A stretch of 52,583 bases of DNA from the IMG/VR virus record IMGVR_UViG_3300045110_000292, positions 1 to 52,583 of that record, one strand, 5' to 3'. Position numbers and translations under genes: made by a program. The notes below the pieces were generated by a model. The model worked only from the letters and a program-made list of their open reading frames with translations. It did no database searches and was not told where the DNA came from. Below are positions 35,850 through 46,010 of this stretch, one piece after another (positions within the stretch are counted from its first letter, which is position 1; every line of letters starts with the position of its first letter). The stretch comes from a virus. Its lineage: Duplodnaviria > Caudoviricetes.

Positions 35850-38800
35850 TGCCGACAGAGTTCGATTTCGTTGCAGAGGAAGCGGAGAAACCGCAATTCG
35901 ATTTCCAGCCCGACAAAGAGGCGACTCGAAAGCAGTTTCAATTCGAGGCAGAAACACTTCGAGGTCAGCGCAAGTACGGTGATATTGTTGAGCAATTGTT
36001 TTCAGGCGGTCCTGAGTTGGCGCGGAATCTTCAATACTATATCAAGAACCCGCTAAAATTAGCCGACATTCCAGGGAGGCTGATGGGCGCCGATCCAGAC
36101 AATCCAAATCTGCCATCGAACATTCCACTGTTCACACCGGGCGAAACCGAAGCCACTTTCAACCCGATCGTTCGCCCCTTGATGCGTACCATTCTGCCTG
36201 AGACGACAGACCCAATGCAGAAAGAACGCGACATTAGCGCAGTCGAGGAACGTGTTGGTCAGATCGGAAGCCAGATGACAACCGCTCCGGCCATCGCAGC
36301 TTTGGCGACAGGCAAACCGGGCGTAGTTGGCTTCGGTGTTCAAAGCGCGGCAGAAGTGCCAGAGACGATCAAGCGCATCACCGAAGCGGCAAAGGCGGGT
36401 GATGAAAAGGGCGTGCTGCAAGCCTCAGTCGATTTGGCGGGTCAAGCAGCAGCGATTTACGGTGCGGGCAAAGCAACAGTGCCAAAACCGACAACTGAAT
36501 CTTTCCAAATGCGACCAGCTGCGGACGTATCTGGTCGAGCAATTGAAACACAACAACCGTTACCAGTTCAACCCAAGGAGGTTCCTAATGCCATACAGTC
36601 AGAAAGCGCACAACTTTTTCGAGATGTGCAAACACAGCCCGAGCAAGGCGCACAGCAAGTGCCCGTCGAAGGCGGTAGCGTCGAAGCTGGCGAGCGAGGG
36701 GGTGAAGCACAAGCCAATGTCCAGCAACAAGCCGGGACGCCCGCGCCAGTGGCCGAAGGAGCACCGCTACCTGTAACGCCTATCGTTCTCGAAAAGGAAC
36801 TTGGTGTCCGTGTCGCTGGAGAAGGTCCGTTCGGCATCTTGCTTGAAACCAAGAACGCGAAAGGCGAACCAGGAACCTCGTTCCTCGTAAAACCAGGTTC
36901 GACATTGGAGCAGGCCAAGGCTGATTACGAAGCGACACGAAAACGATTTGAGGGTGAACCCGACGAGCCAGCACCGTTGAAACAAGCGGAGCCTCGCGGC
37001 CTAGCCAAAGACGTTCGTGCCCGTCTCGAATCAGGACAACCGAGCGAGGCAGGTTTCGTAAATCTGGACATACTCAAACAGGTCGGTGAGTTCGGAAAGT
37101 CGATTTATCAGAAGGGCATGGACTTTGCTAAGTGGGCGGCTGACATGGTTTCGCAACTCGGTGACAAGGCAAAAGATTATCTTCAAGAAGTCTGGGACCG
37201 AATCACTACTTCAAAGCCCGCCACTGTCGAGCAGTTGTTGAAACGACAGCCGGGACATGTGACGGTTGAGGAGATTGCGAATCTTTCACCGGAGGATGCT
37301 GCTTCGTATTGGGACGGGATCAAACAGAAAGGTTTGTCGTTTCAAGAGGATGGAGTACTCGCAGGAATGAGACTTTCACAGAGCGACCTTCCAGCATTGA
37401 AGAAGTTGCAGCAACAAGGGATGGATGATTTCGCCGCTGCTTTCAAGAGTGGGGACAAGGCTGCGCAAAGTGCCGCACAAGGAAAGAACATTTGGGCCAG
37501 TGGGGCTATCGAAGGACTCAATCGCAAGGGTCCGAATTATGATTTGGCTGCATCTCGAATGCGTGCACTTGGAGGCGACCCGCATCCTGCGCTAAACACT
37601 GAGTCCGGTTTCTTCACACTTGAACCAGTCGAACGGGCAGGAAAGGCAGTCCGCGATTTCTGGCGCTCGTTTTCAATGCAATCTCTGCCGAAGATTACCG
37701 GCGCTAACCGTGAAGTCGGGGAAGCTGGCGTTCGTTACGAGACTGCTCCGCGTGTCGCCCGATCTAAAGGCATTGATTTCGCTGAGCGTGTTGTTGGTCC
37801 AGACGCAAAGCCTGAGTTCGATACGAAATTCGGCACCGCCTTAACCGAGGACAACTTGCGCGGAATCAAAGAAGGACTGCGCACTGAATCTGTTCAGGAA
37901 ATGGCTAAAGGCAATGTCGAACGCGCCAACGCACTTGAAGCGCAGGTCGATGCCGTGACTTCGTTGGTTGGTAAAAAGAATTCCCCGTTCAAGACGGAGG
38001 CAGAGTATCAATCCTTTCTGAAACAGTCGGACACGCAAGCCGCGATTGATCGTCACATTCAGCAATGGGAATCGGAGAAAGACCCGCTCTTTCGCCAAGC
38101 CAACGATCTCGACCCCGAAACCGAATTGTCATCACGCGGTTTGCAGACTGGGGCACGAGTGAACCTCAAGAATGTGATGCCGGATGAAGGGACTCCGACA
38201 ACGATTGGCCCGGCCGCTCGGTCAACGCTGATTCGCCAAACCGCCACACTCCTTCGACGCGACCCATTCGCGCGTCAGGCGAAAGGAACAGGGCAGTCCT
38301 ACGAAGGCAGCTACCGCGAATTGATGGCTCATGGTTTCGAGCGTGAATATCCCGTAGCCAAGCAGCACGAATTCATCAAGAAACTTATTGATTCCGGCAA
38401 CGCTGTTATTTCATCTCGCGAAAAGGCAGTCGAGATTGGCGGCGAAAAGACCAAGGGCTATCTCATGCGCCTGCGTCCCTGGTCTGGTCAATTCCTACAC
38501 ATCAAAAAGAGTCTTGCGCCAGAGTACGAGTCGATCAGCGGGCTTCTGCCTGCCAACAAGATTCCGTACGTGAGCAAGGCCGCAGATTTCCTGACCAAAC
38601 AAAGCATCATGGGTCTTGCTGAGGGTTCGACTCACGTTGGGAATATCCTGTCGCAAGTCTTTACTGGAGTTGGCCCCACCGCTAACCCCATGCTAAATGC
38701 CCTGCTCAAATCGGCTGGACGCTCAGACCTGCTTATTTCGTTCCCTCAGATCATCATTAAGGCATTCTCCGATCGCGCTCCCGACATGCTGCGCCTTGCT

Positions 38801-39883
38801 GAAATAGGCGCGGCGAAGGAACCGTATCGCGGAACAATTGGATGGGTTATTAACAAGGTCGATCAAGGAACTCGCCTCTACGCTTCGGACCTGTATCAGA
38901 AAATGGCTGAGAAAGGTTGGTTTGAGAAAACGGAAACTGGAGAACGCGAGTTCGTGAATCAGGTGGGGCAATATGCAAAGCGTTTGCAACCTCGATTGAT
39001 CCAGTCATTGCGCGATACCGGCATTCAGCCTTTCGCTACCGCAATTCACACGTTCAACCTCCAGGGATTCAGAAACCTCGTTGCTGGTCCTGGCGCAAAG
39101 TCCCCAACCAATCTAGGGGCACTGGCATTACGCGCAGACAAGGCAGCAGGCTTCATTGGCACCGTGGTTCTGATTGCAGCACTCAACAAACTTGTATCCG
39201 GCAACCCACTTGGTCCGAACGGCACGCAATTGGGGAATGTGGGGTGGATTGGTGACGATAAGAAACTGCATCAATTCAACGTCGGAAAACTCTCAGGGTG
39301 GGAACGCGGGGCACGCATCACGGGCATTCAATCCGCCATCGAGGCGAAACGTGCAGGTCTTTCGACAAGCAAGGCTGTGACTGGGGGCGCAAAGTCGATT
39401 GCAGGCACCGCGTTGAACTATACGACTGGACCACTCATTCAAACCGCCGTCAAAGCCGCGACTGGGAAACGTCCCGGAGTTCCGATGGTGCAAGAGGCAA
39501 AAGTTGCACCACCAAGTGAAGATTTATCCCCTCTAAAATCTCAAGCGGCGGAGAATCTTAAAACCGCATTGCAGGAGGTGAATCCAATTGTCGATACCGC
39601 CGCGAAGATCATTCAAGGAAAGCCTGTCGAGGACATTGTTCGATCGCAGCTTTCCCGCTACACGCCAAGGACTGGACAGGAACAAAAGACTATCGAAGCA
39701 TTGCCCAAAATCGTTCATTCCTCCGAACTCCATTCGTATGTTGACGCTCTCGCAAAAGAGGCTCGCAAGTTACCACAGGATCAAAGGTCAACATTCCTGC
39801 TAAAGCGAATGAAAGAGGACGGATTGAAAGGAGCCGACCTTGGCCGAGCACAGGTGCAACTTCACCTCAAAGGAGTTCTCTGA
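35849..39883 (+). CDS. Large internal virion/ejection protein
   Basis: 1344 aa, helical, at the end of the structural arm as in podoviruses; no catalytic motif recognised. Confidence 0.65.
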   Translation: MPTEFDFVAEEAEKPQFDFQPDKEATRKQFQFEAETLRGQRKYGDIVEQLFSGGPELARNLQYYIKNPLKLADIPGRLMGADPDNPNLPSNIPLFTPGETEATFNPIVRPLMRTILPETTDPMQKERDISAVEERVGQIGSQMTTAPAIAALATGKPGVVGFGVQSAAEVPETIKRITEAAKAGDEKGVLQASVDLAGQAAAIYGAGKATVPKPTTESFQMRPAADVSGRAIETQQPLPVQPKEVPNAIQSESAQLFRDVQTQPEQGAQQVPVEGGSVEAGERGGEAQANVQQQAGTPAPVAEGAPLPVTPIVLEKELGVRVAGEGPFGILLETKNAKGEPGTSFLVKPGSTLEQAKADYEATRKRFEGEPDEPAPLKQAEPRGLAKDVRARLESGQPSEAGFVNLDILKQVGEFGKSIYQKGMDFAKWAADMVSQLGDKAKDYLQEVWDRITTSKPATVEQLLKRQPGHVTVEEIANLSPEDAASYWDGIKQKGLSFQEDGVLAGMRLSQSDLPALKKLQQQGMDDFAAAFKSGDKAAQSAAQGKNIWASGAIEGLNRKGPNYDLAASRMRALGGDPHPALNTESGFFTLEPVERAGKAVRDFWRSFSMQSLPKITGANREVGEAGVRYETAPRVARSKGIDFAERVVGPDAKPEFDTKFGTALTEDNLRGIKEGLRTESVQEMAKGNVERANALEAQVDAVTSLVGKKNSPFKTEAEYQSFLKQSDTQAAIDRHIQQWESEKDPLFRQANDLDPETELSSRGLQTGARVNLKNVMPDEGTPTTIGPAARSTLIRQTATLLRRDPFARQAKGTGQSYEGSYRELMAHGFEREYPVAKQHEFIKKLIDSGNAVISSREKAVEIGGEKTKGYLMRLRPWSGQFLHIKKSLAPEYESISGLLPANKIPYVSKAADFLTKQSIMGLAEGSTHVGNILSQVFTGVGPTANPMLNALLKSAGRSDLLISFPQIIIKAFSDRAPDMLRLAEIGAAKEPYRGTIGWVINKVDQGTRLYASDLYQKMAEKGWFEKTETGEREFVNQVGQYAKRLQPRLIQSLRDTGIQPFATAIHTFNLQGFRNLVAGPGAKSPTNLGALALRADKAAGFIGTVVLIAALNKLVSGNPLGPNGTQLGNVGWIGDDKKLHQFNVGKLSGWERGARITGIQSAIEAKRAGLSTSKAVTGGAKSIAGTALNYTTGPLIQTAVKAATGKRPGVPMVQEAKVAPPSEDLSPLKSQAAENLKTALQEVNPIVDTAAKIIQGKPVEDIVRSQLSRYTPRTGQEQKTIEALPKIVHSSELHSYVDALAKEARKLPQDQRSTFLLKRMKEDGLKGADLGRAQVQLHLKGVL

Positions 39884-39888
39884 ATCCG

Positions 39889-40197
39889 TCACGCGCCGGA
39901 TTGAACTGACGCCTCAGTGAGTCGCTTTCCGATAACTTCCCTGCCTTGATCGTCGTAAAGTCCAAGTCCTTCTTCGATTGCGATATTCCTCAATTCAGAT
40001 AATTGCTTTTCGGTCGGCACCGCTCGGCGTTCGTAATACAATTCACCTTCCGAAACCACGCAGCGCAAGAATCCTTTTCGCATTAATGTTTCCCTCGCCG
40101 TGTTTGCATCGAGTTCCCCTGTGATTTTCTGAGCGGGTTCGTAATGATGAAGGCAATCAATGCGCTCACAGGATGGACTGAGCCAGAAACTATTCAC
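39889..40197 (-). CDS. Hypothetical protein
   Basis: FWLSP...HHYE...LMRKGFLR; GTG at 40197 overlaps the upstream stop. Confidence 0.6.
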   Translation of the reverse strand: MNSFWLSPSCERIDCLHHYEPAQKITGELDANTARETLMRKGFLRCVVSEGELYYERRAVPTEKQLSELRNIAIEEGLGLYDDQGREVIGKRLTEASVQSGA

Positions 40198-40697
40198 GGC
40201 AACACTGCCTGCTGATACCATACGCCTCCCTCTTTCCAGACGAGACTGAATGCTATTTCAGGATATTGTGACGCCGCACATTTCAAAGCGAGCAATCCAC
40301 GATCAACGTTCTTGCCTTGCCTCGGTCCCTTGCATTCATAGGCTTGAGGAAACCCGTAAATGATGGCGAAGAAGTCAGGCTTGTACCATGCTCCATTTGC
40401 CAGCCTGAATCTCAACGATTGAGCATGAATTCTTGCTTGCGGCCAGCGGTGGTGCATCTCCGATTGCCACTTGGTTTCGAGTTCGTTCAATAGCGGCTTG
40501 CTGCTCTGCCTGATTCTTTTGGTGGGCGGCCCGACCCCCTTAAAAAAGCATGACGCATCAGGGGCAGGCGATTGCGCTTTCGGCGTCACAGCAGGGAGAT
40601 TGTTTTCCCGCTCGGCACCGCCATAAAGGTGTGGGTTGAGTCTCCTGATCGTGTCAGTTGGATTCGTTGGAAGATTGCTCATCGTCATCACTTTCAT
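40194..40697 (-). CDS. PD-(D/E)XK endonuclease (DUF1064/resolvase-like)
   Basis: LRFRLANGAWYKPDFF...YECKG. Confidence 0.75.
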   Translation of the reverse strand: MKVMTMSNLPTNPTDTIRRLNPHLYGGAERENNLPAVTPKAQSPAPDASCFFKGVGPPTKRIRQSSKPLLNELETKWQSEMHHRWPQARIHAQSLRFRLANGAWYKPDFFAIIYGFPQAYECKGPRQGKNVDRGLLALKCAASQYPEIAFSLVWKEGGVWYQQAVLP

Positions 40698-40902
40698 CTG
40701 AAATCAACATTCCCTCGATTTTATTTCTCATTTCATCGGTAATTATGAGCTTCGGTTTTACCTGCTCTGCCATGTTTTCTTCGATCACCATTTGAAGCCC
40801 TTCGAGAACATCTTGAACCGTTTGCTCATCACCGACCAACACGTCCTCATCAGATAGCTCCATCGTGAACTTTTCGTTCAGCACCCAATATTCCAGTATC
40901 AT
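40654..40902 (-). CDS. Acidic hypothetical protein
   Basis: Coupled ATG at 40902. Confidence 0.55.
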   Translation of the reverse strand: MILEYWVLNEKFTMELSDEDVLVGDEQTVQDVLEGLQMVIEENMAEQVKPKLIITDEMRNKIEGMLISDESDDDEQSSNESN

Positions 40903-41195
40903 TGTTTCCTCTCCTTCCAAATCGTGTCACCCCACGCAATCAGTTTCTTCACTCGCTCTTTGTCCAAATCGCTGTTCATGCGAACGCACTCTCTGGCACC
41001 CATCCAATCGCCATCGTGAAGCAGCATCGCACTACAGGCGAACCGTATCAGATCATCCTTGAATGTTTTCTTTTGCAAGCACAGTGCGTACGAAACTTCG
41101 TTGTCCTGAAACGCTTTGTCGCCTTGGACGATCAGCTTTTTCAACACGCCGATCTCTTCGGCCTGCTGCTGCTTTTCTGGCGAGAGAGTCAGCAT
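40899..41195 (-). CDS. Hypothetical protein
   Basis: Coupled ATG at 41195. Confidence 0.55.
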   Translation of the reverse strand: MLTLSPEKQQQAEEIGVLKKLIVQGDKAFQDNEVSYALCLQKKTFKDDLIRFACSAMLLHDGDWMGARECVRMNSDLDKERVKKLIAWGDTIWKERKQ

Positions 41196-41410
41196 AGACC
41201 TTTGTTCTCCGCGAGCCAGAGGGGCATGGTCACAACACATTCTCGCCACTCATTTACTTTCGGAGATTGCCAAGTGACATGCTCGATCTGGCTTCGAGGC
41301 ACCCACACCCTTGTCCCTTCGCGATCATTTTTACCAGTCGTTGAGAAGAAGTATGCCATCTCCGTTCCTCCGACGTGGAACAACCTCAATTTCACAGTAT
41401 CTCCACTCAT
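41189..41410 (-). CDS. Hypothetical phage protein
   Basis: TEMAY...VWVPRSQI...MPLWLAENKGL, a pattern seen in small phage proteins. Confidence 0.65.
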   Translation of the reverse strand: MSGDTVKLRLFHVGGTEMAYFFSTTGKNDREGTRVWVPRSQIEHVTWQSPKVNEWRECVVTMPLWLAENKGLC

Positions 41411-41628
41411 ACAACTGCCATGATGTGTAGTGCCTCTCGCACGCTGCGTTTTGAACTGATGAAGCACATGGTTGAGCCGATTCCCAAATCAGGACGCGCG
41501 TCGATCATAACGAACACCTTGCGGCCATGTTCAAAGTCATCGATCAAACCGTTCGCGTTGGAACAGAAGAAATAACCCTTTGGGTCTAATCCCAGTTCGC
41601 GGAGTCGAGACATCCATTTGCGGTGCAT
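41407..41628 (-). CDS. Hypothetical protein
   Basis: ATG at 41628, directly after the helicase stop. Confidence 0.5.
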   Translation of the reverse strand: MHRKWMSRLRELGLDPKGYFFCSNANGLIDDFEHGRKVFVMIDARPDLGIGSTMCFISSKRSVREALHIMAVV

Positions 41629-41629
41629 T

Positions 41630-43357
41630 TTACATCGCGCGTTCACTGAGAACCTCCTTCCACTTAGCGCAACCATCAGCCTCGGTCATGCCGTCGGTAT
41701 TGATACCTTTTTGCTGCAAACCGCGCGCCGTCTTTTCCATGATCGGGATGCGCGCCTCTTTATCTTTGCACAGACGATAGAACACTTTGGCCTGACCGTA
41801 ATTGACCGGCTCTTTCATTCCGTGCTTTCGAATCTTCTTCGTCATCCAGATCGGGATCTCTTTGACTGCTGTCCCATTGCGCTTTCCCGATCTGAACGTC
41901 TCATTCCCAAATGGGTCAACATCACGACTTTGATACTGCGCTTTCGGTGCCCGGACTTTGAGCAGTCGTTGGCGTTCGATCTCCCTGGCCCGCTCCTCCT
42001 GCTCTCGCTTCAACTTATGTTCGGCATTCGTCAATGCCGCCAGCACTCGCTTGGGGCGTTTCGACTCAACCGCTTCTTTGACGGCTCGATCAATCGCCTC
42101 CTCGGTCATGTCACCACCCAAGACGTGCATCGAATTGACGAGTTTGTGGCGCCCACTGTTGCCGACGAAATCAACGATGCGGCAAATCGGCTTTGCGCTC
42201 GAAGCGACAGCAGCCTTGCGATGCTCTGGGGTTTCGAGTGTTTGCTCATCGACGACTCCCGGCAATGGTCGAGTCGCCCGCCCGACCTGCTGCGTGTAAA
42301 GCGTCAGGCTCTTTGTCGCCTTCCCCATGATGACGACTTCGACTGAGGGATTGTCGTAGCCTTCACTCAACACGCCGACGTTGCAGACAACAGCAGTGCG
42401 ACCGGATTTGAAACGTTCCAGAAGGTTCATCCGTTTATCGGGATGAGTCTCGCCGCACACCCACTCAGCAAGTCCAGGGCAAGCGGTATTGAAAATATGG
42501 CAGCATTCTTCCGCTTGTTTGACTGTTGCGGTGAACACAATCGTTCGTCTCGGATGATGGCTCAGACTTGCGAGATATTTGGGCCAATGATCCAACGGTT
42601 GTGATGTGAGCGTTCCAGGGACCAGGCCATAAATCACTTCGAGGGACGGATGGCAGATGCCAGCGATGTTCTCTTTCTTTTCGACTACCTTGGCAACATC
42701 ACCGGCATTCAAGTCCCCGGCAGTGGTTCGGCATTCCGACCAGTCGAGCGACTCGACTTTAATGAACTGTTGAGTTACATCGACAAGCCAGCCATCGCGC
42801 ACGCCGGACAAAATGCCGTAGTCGTAGGCAACGGATTCAAACACCTGCCCAAGAGATTCTTCGTCGGCTCGTTGTGGCGTGGCGGTGATGCCCAAGATTT
42901 TGCAATTCGAGTTCTGCCGATAGTATTCGACGATCTGCTTGTACGACGGAGCCGCCCCACGATGCGCTTCGTCGATGACGACCAGCGAGAACTCGCTCGG
43001 CTTGAACTTCTCGAACCGCTTTTTCAACCGTCCCGATGTCTGGGTTTGAACGGTCGAAATGATGACTTTGGTTTTCGTGAACAGACCATGTTCCGCGCGT
43101 TCGTCTGCCATCTCGATCTCGCAATTGTACCCAGTGTAATGTTCGATCGTGGCCTTGCCCTGGCGAATCAACTCTGCGCGATGGGCGAGGAATAGCGCCA
43201 TCTTGCCGGTGCGTTCGTGAAAACGTTTGATGATCTCTGCCGCACAGACGGTCTTTCCCAATCCGGTTGCCAACACTCCGAGGGTCGAGTTGTGCGTCTC
43301 CAATTCTTTGCACACGGAGTCGCAGAACGGAATTTGGTAGGACGGGCGGAGGTTCAT
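41630..43357 (-). CDS. Superfamily 2 (DEAH-type) helicase
   Basis: LRPSYQ, ATGLGKT, IDEAH, GITATP, NVGVLSEGYDNP, QQVGRATR. Confidence 0.92.
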   Translation of the reverse strand: MNLRPSYQIPFCDSVCKELETHNSTLGVLATGLGKTVCAAEIIKRFHERTGKMALFLAHRAELIRQGKATIEHYTGYNCEIEMADERAEHGLFTKTKVIISTVQTQTSGRLKKRFEKFKPSEFSLVVIDEAHRGAAPSYKQIVEYYRQNSNCKILGITATPQRADEESLGQVFESVAYDYGILSGVRDGWLVDVTQQFIKVESLDWSECRTTAGDLNAGDVAKVVEKKENIAGICHPSLEVIYGLVPGTLTSQPLDHWPKYLASLSHHPRRTIVFTATVKQAEECCHIFNTACPGLAEWVCGETHPDKRMNLLERFKSGRTAVVCNVGVLSEGYDNPSVEVVIMGKATKSLTLYTQQVGRATRPLPGVVDEQTLETPEHRKAAVASSAKPICRIVDFVGNSGRHKLVNSMHVLGGDMTEEAIDRAVKEAVESKRPKRVLAALTNAEHKLKREQEERAREIERQRLLKVRAPKAQYQSRDVDPFGNETFRSGKRNGTAVKEIPIWMTKKIRKHGMKEPVNYGQAKVFYRLCKDKEARIPIMEKTARGLQQKGINTDGMTEADGCAKWKEVLSERAM

Positions 43358-43590
43358 TCAAGATTTCCGATTTTGACTTCCAAAATCTCTTTTAGTGCCT
43401 CTGTTACATCTGTGTCAGCGAGACAGCATCGTTTGGTTCCGGGGAACTGGACTTCCTCGCCATCCATGAGCCATGAATTGCCGAATTTATCAACGGCATC
43501 CAATGCCTCTTGCAAGTCATCACCACTCTCAGTTCTCAGAGCAACTATCAATTCTCCAATCGCTTTCACTACTGGATTTGCAGTTTTCAT
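43354..43590 (-). CDS. Hypothetical protein
   Basis: 78 aa; ATGA overlaps at both ends. Confidence 0.6.
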   Translation of the reverse strand: MKTANPVVKAIGELIVALRTESGDDLQEALDAVDKFGNSWLMDGEEVQFPGTKRCCLADTDVTEALKEILEVKIGNLE

Positions 43591-44534
43591 TTCTTCAATG
43601 CTGACTCTCGTTTTGCCTTAAACTGTGGCTGAGTTTTTTCGTAGATCGTTTTCGATAATAGCCCCGACTGCCGACAGGCCAAGCAATCACGAACACCATG
43701 ATCGTCTCGGTATTTGAAAGTCCCAACACAATAAGGGCAAACCACGTCCGGCTTTCGATCGGCAATATCCATGTAGATACGAGTCAGGCTGTCACCGAGC
43801 GCACCGTGAAGATCACCGAGCAATTGATCCCGTGAATCGTGCGACCGCTTCAACGCAACTCGAACTTTGCTCACCGCCGTCATTAACTCCTGTATCTCCT
43901 GGCGTCTCTCCCAGAACGGGAGTGAGACTTTCGGGATCGGGAAACCCATCGTGTCAACGGGAACAGCGGGTGCTTCTGGTTCTGTTTCTGGTTGCGGGTC
44001 GGCGGGTTGTGGTTTGCCTGATTTAGGTTTGTCAACAGATTTCTCTGCGTTGTTTTCGCCCTTGCTCTGTCTCTCGCCCGATACGGGGGTGGCAACCGTT
44101 GCCACTTCTGGCTTTCGGCAGGAATCAACAAAGGTGTGACTCACGCCGCATTTCTCAGCCAATTCTCGCGAAGAATCGTCCGGCCATTGATTTAGTGCCG
44201 CCTCTACACAAACCCTCTTGTCGGCATTCGTTCGCCTGAGTCCGTTCACTTCATTTGCCAGCAGTGCGAACTTCAAACACTCCTCGTAGTTTCCCGTGTG
44301 GACTTCGCAAGCAGTGGCTTTCTGGCCGATCAGTTTCAACGCAGCGATTCGATGGCGCCCATCTGCCAAGAGAAAGTGTTTGCTTCCGTTCGGTTGAAAG
44401 ACGTGCGGCAGCGGAAGTTGTTTTTTGGATTTGTAAGCGTGCGCGTAATCGTCCGAGGCTTCTCGTTGGAGTTCGGCGCGGACCTTTGGGCTAGAGTCGA
44501 GGTCGATGTCCTCGATGAACACAAGTTTCTTCAT
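43587..44534 (-). CDS. ParB/Srx-like N-terminal domain protein with HTH and C-terminal Zn ribbon
   Basis: LLADGRHRIAA, GLRRTNADKR, SSRELAEKCGVSHTFV, CPYC...CLAC. Confidence 0.8.
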   Translation of the reverse strand: MKKLVFIEDIDLDSSPKVRAELQREASDDYAHAYKSKKQLPLPHVFQPNGSKHFLLADGRHRIAALKLIGQKATACEVHTGNYEECLKFALLANEVNGLRRTNADKRVCVEAALNQWPDDSSRELAEKCGVSHTFVDSCRKPEVATVATPVSGERQSKGENNAEKSVDKPKSGKPQPADPQPETEPEAPAVPVDTMGFPIPKVSLPFWERRQEIQELMTAVSKVRVALKRSHDSRDQLLGDLHGALGDSLTRIYMDIADRKPDVVCPYCVGTFKYRDDHGVRDCLACRQSGLLSKTIYEKTQPQFKAKRESALKK

Positions 44535-44550
44535 GGTTGGTTAATGAAAA

Positions 44551-44635
44551 TGCGCCGATCCCAGAAGATGTTGAGTCAGCGGCATCGGGCGATGCCAAAG
44601 GGACCGGCGCAAAATTATTACAGTCTGACTCAACA
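44551..44635 (-). ncRNA. Putative pseudoknotted/switchable leader RNA
   Basis: Interleaved 11-bp and 12-bp complementary pairs plus an internal hairpin; the single mismatch is a G-U pair on the minus strand. Confidence 0.5.
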
Positions 44636-44640
44636 CAACC

Positions 44641-44668
44641 ATTTCACCACAAACACAGTTCTTGTCAA
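44641..44668 (-). promoter_or_regulatory. Putative promoter
   Basis: Minus strand TTGACA-N16-TGAAAT just upstream of the structured leader. Confidence 0.45.
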
Positions 44669-45840
44669 AGTTTTTTCAGCGAATCCGCCTTGGGAATTTC
44701 TGACGTGATGCCGTCGAACAGACGTTTGCATTCTTCGGCAAGCTTCTTCCCCTTGAGTCCTGTCAGTTTCGAAACCAGATGCTCCACATCTTTCTTCGTC
44801 GTTTTGACACAGCGCATGAAGTCCATCAGCACGTCGTCAGATTCGACTGCCGGATTTGATTCTTTGGCGCGAACAACCAGGCGATTAAACAACTCCTGGG
44901 GATCGTTGACCGGTGACATCGGACTGTTTGGTGACAGACCGTAACCAGGTATAAAGCTCGGGTCTTTCTTCACGCCTTCACGCATGTAATCCCAAATCTC
45001 GTCCAGCCACTTCGAGGCAATGGCTTTCTTTTCACAGAAGGCGACCCGTTGTTGCGGCGACCAATCAGCGATAGCTGTTCGCCATAGATCGGGCGGCATG
45101 TTCGACGGTACGGCATAGCCAGCAAATTGAGCGTGAGCCGGACAGTTGAGTTTGGCGCGGCAGAACTGGCACTGATCTTCACCAGGAACGCGCTTTGATT
45201 CCGGGTTATTCGATTCCATCACGCGCCTGAACATCTCTTGAGTCGCGCGTTGAATGTCCTCTTTCTCGTACAGACAGGGCGTTGGTGAATGAGTGGCGAG
45301 AGGTTGAACGATGACGCATCCGACCTGATTGACGACGATGTAATGACCGGCGACCAGGCAGACAAGATCCCGCAACTGCAAGTTCTCTGCGCTCTCTGGC
45401 TTTTCGGCTGCAAGGCTCTTGTAATCTACGATCAGCGCACGATTGCCCACACGATAAACGACATCGGCTTGTCCTGAGTGACCGATCGCGTCAGTGAGCT
45501 TGACCCAGAAGCGTTTTTCACGTTGGCAAGTCGCCTTTGCCTTTTCGAGATCATCCGGCCCAAAGAAGTCAACGACCTTCGCCAGTTCGATGCTCAAGCA
45601 TGATTCGGCAATCTCCTGTTGTCGTGGTTCGAGGGATTGATATTCAGCGAGAGCCTCAAGCGCGTCGAGTGAAGGCGGGTTTGGCACCATCTTCAACGCC
45701 GCGTGAATCTGATCTCCCCACTCGCTGTCTTTTGATCGGGCGGGTTCGGCAATCCCGCGTTGAGCCAGGTGCCGACCAGGGCACAAGGCATCAGCTTGCG
45801 CCGAACTCGCTGAGGTCTGACCAAGGCGGGGATCGTTCAT
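44665..45840 (-). CDS. Cas4-like PD-(D/E)XK exonuclease (DUF2800-like)
   Basis: SASS..CPG, GDQIH, GQADVV..IVDYKS, QL, PGEDQCQFCRAKLNCP; ATG at 45840. Confidence 0.8.
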   Translation of the reverse strand: MNDPRLGQTSASSAQADALCPGRHLAQRGIAEPARSKDSEWGDQIHAALKMVPNPPSLDALEALAEYQSLEPRQQEIAESCLSIELAKVVDFFGPDDLEKAKATCQREKRFWVKLTDAIGHSGQADVVYRVGNRALIVDYKSLAAEKPESAENLQLRDLVCLVAGHYIVVNQVGCVIVQPLATHSPTPCLYEKEDIQRATQEMFRRVMESNNPESKRVPGEDQCQFCRAKLNCPAHAQFAGYAVPSNMPPDLWRTAIADWSPQQRVAFCEKKAIASKWLDEIWDYMREGVKKDPSFIPGYGLSPNSPMSPVNDPQELFNRLVVRAKESNPAVESDDVLMDFMRCVKTTKKDVEHLVSKLTGLKGKKLAEECKRLFDGITSEIPKADSLKKL

Positions 45841-46010
45841 TCGTCCTCCACGGTGATTCGTTCGCCTTTTTGCAGCGCGGCGAGAACCTCTTTGAGTCCA
45901 GCGACAAAGACCGACTCGAAGCGTGGACCGTTGGCTTTGAGTTCGTAATCCTTCTGTGATCGAATGGCAATCATCAGGGCGGATTCGAGGTTTGCTTTTA
46001 GCATTTTCAT
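45837..46010 (-). CDS. Small hypothetical protein (57 aa)
   Basis: MKMLKANLESALMIAIRSQKDY...; ATGA overlaps at both ends. Confidence 0.55.
   Translation of the reverse strand: MKMLKANLESALMIAIRSQKDYELKANGPRFESVFVAGLKEVLAALQKGERITVEDE

Noticed and set aside
44665-45840. Cas4-like nuclease as evidence of a CRISPR system
   Set aside because: No repeat-spacer array or other cas gene seen; it sits beside RecT as a recombination exonuclease
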